This document shows positions 55,406-64,000 of a DNA stretch of 64,000 bases, one piece after another. The notes under the pieces are model-generated. The model was given only the letters and a program-made list of their open reading frames with translations. It was not told the origin of the DNA and made no database searches. Position numbers and translations under genes: made by a program. Origin of the DNA: Bacteroidia bacterium (GTDB lineage: Bacteria > Bacteroidota > Bacteroidia > M30B66); NCBI GenBank assembly GCA_965279035.1, contig CBDIHM010000003.1:86626-150625 (forward strand). Direction: 5' to 3'. Positions within the stretch are counted from its first letter, which is position 1, and each line of letters begins with the position of its first letter.

Positions 55406-58400
55406 ATGTCGGTGCGATTGGTCTCACAAGATACGGGTGCTCATCTTGAGCTTGGCTCGGGGGATACTTTCTCGCTGGGACGGAAAGCAAGTCTCGGCAT
55501 CAGTGCAAAGAATGTGAGCAGGGATCATTGCACGGTCACGACAGGTGTCGGCTCCGGGCATCTTGTACGGCCAGTCGTCTCTGCAAACAAGAAAGTTTAC
55601 ATTCTTCGTCACGGCGAAGCCGCAACGCTGCATGCGGGGGAATTGTCCGAGGTGCTAGATTTTTTAGCTGTAATGGATCTCTGTATGAAGACTGATTTAT
55701 GCAAAAAAAGCGCTTCAGAGGTTAATCGAATGCCCTTCCTGATGCAGCTGCTTCATGGGGACACACTGTATCTCACCCAGGAAGGGAGTCAATTCAAGCA
55801 CGGTTTCTTTGTCGATATTCCCGGGTCACGGCTGCGTGACCAAGAGGTAGTTGCATGCCCACCTTGCCCTTGCCCAGATCACTTCTAGGTGGAGTGCATG
55901 TGAGGCAAGAAGAGAGCTTCATGGTGCCTTCCCTGTCCCTTAGGCCGCGATTGGAGCAGATGCAGTTTTGCTTGATGGATGAATGCCGTGTCAGATCGCG
56001 TCGTGGCACTTATACTGATTATCATGTTGCCGTAGTGCTAATCCTGGTTTCCTGTTGGTAGGCTGGCAATGTGCACCAACCTAAGTATCCCCCTCTCGGA
56101 CAATCACCGCATTCCAAGAGGCAGCGAAGTTCTGGCCAGGGCAGGGAGGACCACCCAGCCCCCAAAGCCACTTCTGCTGGGCCAAAGGCACAAAGTGATG
56201 TGCCCTGCTCAGTGAACACCACAGACGTATTCTGTGGCCTCACCTTTGTCTTTTGGACGACACAATTCATGACTCCTCTCATGATCAGGTGCAGTATGCT
56301 TGCTGCCTGACCTCTCACTTCCCCATAGGGAGCCTATAGCACAGCAATGATCAGATGGACGACCGCAACAGATTCCCAATAAATATATTTCTGCTCCTAG
56401 AGCAAAGCAGGCTGGTGCGGAAGTGACAGAGGAGCTGCTCATTAGAACCACCACGCACGTGGTTGCAAGCAGAGACTTTGATGCAGACGAGGCTGCCAGG
56501 AAGCTACAAGTTGTGGAGATGCATGCAACCACAGAGTGCTATGAGGTACGGGTGGACCTTCAATGCAGCAGGGCTGCTGTGTTACTTTCCTGAACAGTAC
56601 AGGCATGCCAGTGCTGGAAAACACTCATGCAATCCCAGACATGCAGGTATCATATGACGGCGGCAAGCTTTTGAGGCTGCCAAAGGAGGTTCATTTTGTC
56701 ACGCCAGAATATGTGAGCGAATGCCTCGCGCATGGTCAACTGCAGCCCGAGAGGGAGTTTTTGATAGACATAGTGCGCATGGCTGTTCTGGCCACTGGAC
56801 AACAGGTATCAGTTGCTGCTCTACTGTGAATTTTAGCACATGCGATGCTTTCACTGGAACTGCAAAGACCTGATGTGGCTGGCTGGATACTGTCAAGCTT
56901 AGCATGTATCTGGCCAGGATGTGGGCATCGCAGATCTGGATGTCACCATGGCAGGCAGCGTGCATAGACGAGGAGCGCATCATGATCAATCAACTTCGCA
57001 GGAGGCCGGCACCGAGGCAAGTCCTAACCATTCAACATGCCAGCTGCTCTCGGCACAGAATCTCGTTGGAGGTTTCTAGTGCATGCACTTCGAGGGAGTC
57101 TCACCGGCCGTCGCCCACATACTGCAAGTCTGCTGTGTCTGTCGCTCAGTCGCATGCAACAATTATCCTGTGCTGAAAGCAATGTTCTGCAGGCTGCGCG
57201 CAAGAGCGACAGCAGGCATGGAGGGGATCTGAGGGAGCCCAGCCGGATACATGCGGAACATCATGGCGGTGGAGAAATGTCGCGGGATGTGTGGGAGCAG
57301 TGGCAGAGGGCTGGGTTTGTGCCTGCACCTGCAGCGACCCTGAATAGCAAGCATGGCAGCAAGACACGTGATGCTGCCCCGACCAGTCATCCTACAAGCA
57401 AAGATGTGGATGTCACAGAGAGAGATCAGGGGGCATCTGACGTCAGCAAGCCCTCCTTGAACAGCAAGGTCATCGCAGAGTCTCCTGGTGGACTGGTGCC
57501 CCATATGGACACTTCCTCCACAGTCACAGAGCGGGGATCATGTGGAGTGTGGGACGTGGCCTATGACAAGAGTGCAGCAGAGGAGACTGTCAGGAAGCTG
57601 GGCCTGCACTGGCACCGACAGGAGGTGGAAAGTGTCAAGCATGCTGCAGCTGACGGCAGTGGGGACCGCACTTCAGGACCTGGGACTACTGTGAACGGTG
57701 GGATTCCAGGGCATAATGGAAGCCAGGAATTGGCATCCTCTGCGCTGAACAATTCCTGTGCCCACACGGCATGCTCGGCAAAGGTGACCATTTTCAAATA
57801 CTGCATGCAGCGTTTACACTAGATTAAGCTTTGACTTTTGTTTGTTGTTGTATACTGAGTATACTGAGTATACTGAGTATACTGACATAGTATACTGAGC
57901 TTGGGAAAGAAAGCCTCACAGCGAGCATGCCTCCCGACTTGCGCAGGAGTTTTGCATAGTGGATCAACTCGAGGAAATTGAAAGGAACTACCGGAAAGGG
58001 AGAGATCAGTTCAAGATAAAGGTGCCCTGCGCACCACATGTTTACAATGTGAGAAACTTTGTGCAGGAGCCAAGGAAGGCTGCCAGACCCACTGACTCCT
58101 AGCTCCTGTACAGGCCATTCAGCGCGCAATCAAGGCAGTGGTGGAGTCGACCAGTGCTCTGGTGACAGCAGAAGACTGTGAGAAGCTAGGCATCGGAGAG
58201 AAGTCCATCGAGAAACTGCAGGAAATTGTGAGCACGGGAGAGTACCGCCGCAATCAAATCATGGCGCAAGACCCTCATCATCGTGCCATCTCTTTGGTGA
58301 GACAATTGTTGGCTGCTGGCCCCTTAATAATTCCTTGCACTGACCATGTTCCCCTCACAGTGCAATAGGAACAGGAGTGGGCTGCTCATTCATTGTCTGC

Positions 58401-60057
58401 TGGCCCCTTATTGATATCTTGCCCTGATCATGTTTGCCGCACAAAGGAGTAGGAATAGGAGTTGGCTGCTCACTCACTGGTGTGCAGTTCATGGAGGTGT
58501 GGGGCACTGGTGAAGCCACTGCAGAGCGCTGGTACCGGGATGGCTGCCGCTCACTGGAGGATGTGCAAGGCCGCTCTGACTTGAGCATGCAGCAGGTGGG
58601 TATTTTGATTGGGGCCGAGTCTGACCTTGAAATTGGACCGAGATTTCTCAACATTCTCATTCGTACAAAGGCACCGCCCATTGTCATGCGCTCACAGGCA
58701 TTGGCAGCCATCGTGGCATGTCATGTGAACACTCCATTTGCTGGGCCAACGAAACGTCTTTTTGGCATTGACTGACCTGTTGTGTGCCAGAGGACGGGCC
58801 TGAAGTACTTTGAGGACTTCAAGCAGCGCATCCCTCGGTCCGAGGTTGCTGCCATGGGCGCCATCGTGTGCGATGCGGCTGAGGAAGTGCTTGACTGTTC
58901 CAATTTGCCAGATGGCGACCTGCTGTTCTGCAGCGTTTTGGGAAGGTGCTCTCTCCTGTCTTTTGCTGACAACTCCATTTGCAGGGAGACTGCCTAAGTG
59001 GCATGGAGTCCTTTGATCTTGTCAAGTCAGGGAGTACTTTTTCATATTCAAGCGTTTCATAACAGGGCTTTCTGGGGTGTGAACAGCTACACGCGAGGCA
59101 AGCCGTTGACAGGCGATGTGGACATGCTCATTGCACCTCCTCCTAGCTGCGGCGAGATTGACAGCAGGCAGGCACTGCATGCCATCTGCAAGTGTCTCCA
59201 GAAGCGGGTGCGTCTTCCTGCAAGAAACAACACATCCCTCTCTTGTAAATTTGCACATGGGCACTTTCAGCGTGCTACTTCCTTGCAGCATTTGCACATT
59301 AAGATGACTGTGCTAAACTTAAGTTCTGCGGGTGCTATATCAGGGCCTTCTCCTGGACGACATGGCAAGCACTGCCCCTGCTGCCAGGGGGGATGGTGCC
59401 GCTACCTTCATGGGTGTGGCTCGCCACACAACATCCCCCTGCGCCCGGCGCGTGGACATCAAATTCTATCCCCGCAGGTAGAGATTGGACTGCGTCTGTT
59501 GCTGGTAAAAGCAAAGTCTGCGTCAGTGTATCAGGAACAGCCCATGGTGACACCCCAGCACAAGGTTCAGGTCGCATCCAAATGTGTTGTGCTGTTGCTA
59601 TGCAGGGTCCTGCCCTTTGCCATCATGCACTTCACAGGCAGCGGCGCCTTCTCAAGAGCGCTGCGATACTGGGCACGGTCGCGCGCCAATGAGGCACGAA
59701 GGTTTCAGCCGAGTGCGAATGGCTTCAAGCTAAGCGACTACGCATTAGTGCCCATCCAAAGCAAGGAGCCTACCCGGCAGGCGTCCAATTACCACAATGC
59801 TGAAGTACGATCCATTTCCTGCCTGATGTCATGTGCACCACATTGTATACTTTGCTGATGTCAACAAGTGAAGTGCTCAGATGGGGCACATGCTGTTACT
59901 GTCACCAAAAGTGTTCATGGTTGAGTCAATTTGTTTTTATGAATTACAGGTGGAGCTGGGTCCATCACTGGACTGCAACTGTGAAGGCGAAATATTTCGA
60001 GCTCTTGGCCTGGATTATGTCCCACCGCACATGAGATACTTTCATAATTTTGAATGA
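55406..60057 (+). CDS. POLL: X-family DNA polymerase (Pol lambda-like) with N-terminal FHA-like and BRCT domains
   Basis: FHA-like FSLGRKASLGISAKNVSRDHC; BRCT VFCGLTFVF...THVVA...VTPEYVSECL; HhH GIGEKSIEKLQEI and VWGTGEATAERWY; GSYTRGKPLTGDVDMLI; RRVDIK; HFTGSGAFSRALR; IFRALGLDYVPP. Confidence 0.88.
57851..57899. repeat. Intronic 9-bp minisatellite (tatactgag)n
   Basis: Four tandem copies plus one interrupted copy; adjacent units create the palindrome agtatact. Confidence 0.85.
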
Positions 60058-60270
60058 AATACGTGTTGGCATTGAGCGCACATGTGTACATCTGTACAGC
60101 TTTGTGCATGCAGCTGTTCAAATTGGAATTCATACGGTGTAAGTGTTGGTACATTGAGTTCAGTAATCCAAAATTTAGACCATCGCTTATCATATTCTGG
60201 TACTGCCGCATAAAGTGTCTACACTGACCGCAGAGTGCCGGGATGCGCATAGTGCACCCGGATGGGGTAA

Positions 60271-60423
60271 TTTTTTTTTTTTTTTTTTTTTAAGGAGAAC
60301 CCCTCTATTACAGGCATGAGGGTAGCGAACTTCCCAACACACACATAATAGGATATTTAGGGAAACCTGACCGAGTTTGGGGCACGCAAAACACTCCCGC
60401 AGGAGGATAGGGCGATACCCAAG
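60271..60423 (-). mobile_element. Retroposon-like structured 3' end with genomic poly(A), left copy
   Basis: T21 at 60271-60291. On the minus strand TGTAA lies 16 nt before the tail. About 85% identical by hand alignment over the ~94-nt core to 62808-62900. Confidence 0.7.
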
Positions 60424-61426
60424 GAACATCAAAGCAATGGGAAACGGCATGGTCACAATGGCAATCGTGTCCAGACAATCAAGGACAATCAATCATCGTC
60501 GATGGAATGTAGGAAGGTAACAATAGGGCCTAACGCGATGACTAAGTCGGGCAGTCAATAACGCCCACTGGTTTGCGGGAAGCTAATCTCTTCAAAGTCA
60601 GTGACAAAGCATGGCAAGCTTCATACAACACACCAACCCAGCAGTGGGTTGGGATAGGCAGGAGGTACCATGTTCTCAGTCCTAGACACCCGCTCAATAT
60701 GAACACACATGAGAGTTATGAATGCACAGGAACAATGAGGAATGCACCGGATGACACAATGTGAGGGGAAGGACACGTGATGGACACACTTGATGAAATG
60801 ATTCTAATGGGGTTGGAGACAAGAAAACACAGGAATTTGCTACCAGGACCCTGGGGAGAATGGGCTTCATTGAATGGGTGGCAGCGTCAAAGCTCTCCAG
60901 CGCGCCGGTGAAGAGGTGCACAGGTTGAGGGGCGCACGACTGAGCCGCCCGACCGGGAGAACCCGGTACATGAGAGCCGGCGGAGCATGTCTGTGGGGGC
61001 GAGGCCACAAGAACTGGTGGGTGAGGCCAGTGCCCCAGAAGGGAAAGGAAACCCCAGGGGCCATGCCCGGCCGTGCTCTCTGGGATCTTATCATGCAAGG
61101 ACACGGGCATAGAGTCATTCGGCTAGATTACACCCAGGCTTCCTTCCTGTCACACGCCCTCTAGATTGACCTGCACACGAAGATGTCACGTCAACACCCA
61201 TTCTGCAAACTAGCCATGTCATGTGTTAGAGCCAAAAATCCAAAAGGTGCAAAACTCGAGTCGTGGGCGGAAATCGGGGAGGTACTAGTGTTTTTCAGTG
61301 CTTTGTGGGGAATTGTGGAGTTGGGGACAGGCTGGCACGTGCCTTCTAGGTGCTGTGTGGATTGCAGCAGATCTTGCACGCTGAGAAAGGTGTTGTAAAG
61401 TTACTAAAAAACGAAAAACAGCAATT

Positions 61427-62942
61427 ATGGCGTTCGCTAGGGGCGACAAGGGGGTACGGCCACTGAAGTTGGGAGAGATCACGCACAGTTGGGGTGACGG
61501 AGCTCGCAGAGGGGATGTTCGGCAGGAGGTCCAGGCGCACTTGGCGGTGCAGAGGCCTTGGGTGTTATCGATGACAGAACAGGTACTTGTCATCCTCAAA
61601 GGTGGGCGTAGCAAGAAGATGGGGGAGGTGAAAAAGCGAAGTGCAGGGTTTGGTCGGATGCTTGAGCAGACGCGGACGGATATGGACGTTTGAATCGGAA
61701 AGAATTGCTGAGAGCATTGTAAAGTTGAAGGAGATCATTCATTTTGACGAAAAGGCCCTGGATGCTGACATGCGTGTGTGCAATGCAGAATGTGGCGGAG
61801 GCAAGAAAGTTCAAGGATTTCTGGAGGGCGAACCTGGGGCACGCAGCAGCGGCCGTGACGTCTTTCGTGAACGTGAACGTCATCAACGTGTCCGGGATGG
61901 CAGGTATGTCTGAAATTGTCAAGCATACAGATGTATAGATTTGGCAGTGAGAAGTGGAAAGCGACCGATACCAGACAAGCGAGTTGGAAAGCCCTGAGCT
62001 GGAGTGATTTATATGATAGGATGCAGAGAGGTGCATATGCAGAATTGACATGGTGGACGGAATTGCCATTGCAAAGAAGTGCCTGACTGACAGGTGGAAT
62101 GTGCTGGTGACTTGCAGGAAACTGCCTGCTGCATTGCACACTGCATGCAGCGACAAGCCTGGATGACGTCATGGGGCATCAATCCCGGTGACAGCCTGGA
62201 GATGCAGGCAGCGACCCTGAGATTCTGGTTCAAGTCGACATACGAGACGTTTCTGGGAGAAGCACAGGGCAGGGGCGACGCTGCCATGGCCGCAGAGTGT
62301 CTGCGGCTTGTGGAGAGCCTGCGTGGCAGCGAGCACCCGTACGAAGACATGGCGCACCTGATCAGCGAGCAGCTGCGCGCCGATGTGTACGTGGCGCGCG
62401 TGGAGGACGAGCGGCTGTTCACAGCCGAGCGCCACCGGCTGCACGCAGGTGAAAATGACAAACAGTGTTGAGCTGACATTAGAATACAATATACGAATCC
62501 GAACGCGATCCTGTTCTATCCCTGTCGGCCAACCGTATAAACGTGCCTTTCATGTCTGTTCCACCACTGGTTGCCCGCACATCCATAATTGCCTGCCAGC
62601 GATTGATGATTGCCTGCTTTGCTGTGACCCCTGCCTCCAGCTGCAAGCCCTAGGCTTGCCCCGTGGGTCCTCCAACGTCACCTCAGCGGTGTTGCGTTGC
62701 CGGCGGGCTGGAGTGCGCCTCTGGGGATGAGGTTACCCTCTGGTGCTTGGGACATGTCCATCGCTAGGAGTTCCCTTTCTGTGGTATGCCTTCATGCTTG
62801 CGCTTCTCTTAGGTATCGCATTATCCTCCTGCGGGAGTGCTCTGCGTGCCCCAACTCTGACAGGTTTCCCCAAATATCCTATTGCATGCGTGCTGGGAAG
62901 CGTGCGATTGGCACCTATGTAATAGCGGGGGCTCCCCCTTAA
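61427..62942 (+). CDS. Intron-containing orphan gene (possibly decayed) between the two poly(A) modules; model tentative
   Basis: Coding-like exons with GT-AG ends: MAFARGDKG...SMTEQ (61427-61582), NVAEARKFKDFWRANLG... (61789-61903), ...GINPGDSLEMQAATLRFWFKSTYE...RHRLHA (62151-62448). One frameshift in the G-run 62173-62176 is needed. No recognisable domain. Confidence 0.4.
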
Positions 62943-62957
62943 AAAAAAAAAAAAAAA
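62808..62957 (+). mobile_element. Retroposon-like structured 3' end with genomic poly(A), right copy
   Basis: A17 at 62941-62957; TGTAA at 62918-62922; terminal GC hairpin gggg-gctc-cccc; inverted homolog of 60271-60423. Confidence 0.7.
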
Positions 62958-64000
62958 TCCAGTAGGGAGCCCAGACGCGGAGAATATTTGAACTGTGCAA
63001 CAGTAGTAGAACAGACTATGGTAGAAGAAGAGGACATGAAGCGGTGATGAACTGTGAGCTCGCGATAGAAGAGTGCCGGGGTGTGTTGCGTAGAGACCGG
63101 GGACTTGGCGGATCGATGCGTGTGGATGTTTCTGCACAGCGGGCACTTCCAGGTCATTGTGTGCCGCTCGCAATAGCGACTGGTGTTGAGCCCCCGGACC
63201 TCGGCTGATGGCATCGATCACTACTATATATTACCAGATGGTGAGCACTCACTGAGGCATGCATGCCATGGCATGCTGGGGCGCAATGTTGTGTTGGAGA
63301 CCTGAAATTCTGCCGGAGCGCATATGCAGAGATGGGGTCTCTTGTGTGACTGACACGCATGTGTGTATCAGTTGACAGCAAAAGCAAGCATGGCGGTGCC
63401 AAGCGGGGTGCTGATGACAGGCGCACCCGCCGCAGGCAGTGCCGCGGGATCGGGAGTCAATCATGCAGGGGGGCTGGCGGGCCCGGGCAGCAACGGGCGT
63501 GCAGGTGTGGTGACTAAGTACTCGCGTTTTCAGTAAGACAGCAATGGGTGTCACTGGAAGCTTCAGGAAATGATGGTGAAACTGCCATATGGTTTTGCAT
63601 GATCGATCACAGGGCGCCGGAGGGACTGAGTCCTTGCGTTTTCACAGGGTGCATGATCCTGTAACAAAGGGTTGACGAGGTGAAGGCATTGCCCCTTCCC
63701 AGTGGTGCACTCCAGCATCATATTGAGTGGCAATTGAGGCACTCACAGGTCAAAGCCCAAGCTATCACAGGCAGCACTACCCAGAGGCATCAGCAGCAGG
63801 GGAGCGAGTGCGGCAACTGCAGCATTTCGCTCGCACCACTGGAGGCCGCCAAGGCACCTAGAATGCATGGCACATCGAACGAATTCTACCTTCGCTTTTG
63901 GCCTGCGCTGGGGCAGGAGAGGCCTTCAGCAGCGGTGCCAGTCCAGCGCTGTGCCATCGCTGCAGTAGGGTCGCGCCACGCTCCTCTATAATTATAACTT

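Noticed and set aside
60871-60995. Chromodomain-like words (EWVAASKL, T*EPAEHV) on the plus strand inside the poly(A)-bounded unit
   Set aside because: Very short match interrupted by several stops; it could be chance and needs a profile search.
62958-63221. Cys-containing ORF (YCERH...WKCPLCRN) next to the right poly(A)
   Set aside because: Incomplete zinc-finger pattern; competing frames are equally plausible.

Overview
Eukaryotic, intron-rich nuclear DNA of roughly balanced GC. It most likely comes from a trebouxiophyte green alga (Coccomyxa-like), inferred from GTGCGC/GTGAG donors, TGCAG acceptors, TGTAA poly(A) signals and a plastid OEP21 homolog. Gene models were spliced by eye, so boundaries are approximate. 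Apparently intact genes: ALG5, an RBP45/47-type triple-RRM protein, a GT25-like glycosyltransferase, RIO2, a tandem pair of secreted Gly/Ser/Thr-rich root-cap/VWD-like proteins, a small TM + AT-hook protein, ALG8, a UBE2E-type E2, OEP21 and an X-family DNA polymerase with FHA and BRCT domains. Disrupted genes: one RBR E3 ligase and two F-box-like paralogs. The most unusual feature is a 2.7-kb segment (60271-62957). It is bounded by two diverged, outward-facing copies of a structured ~130-nt RNA-like module (covarying hairpins, pseudoknot, TGTAA, genomic poly(A)) and encloses an intron-containing orphan gene. Also notable: a 43-bp TIR-only element with a 7-bp TSD, a Y-shaped fold-back, a chain of overlapping GC palindromes and several GC-AG introns. 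No rRNA, tRNA or CRISPR array was recognised.
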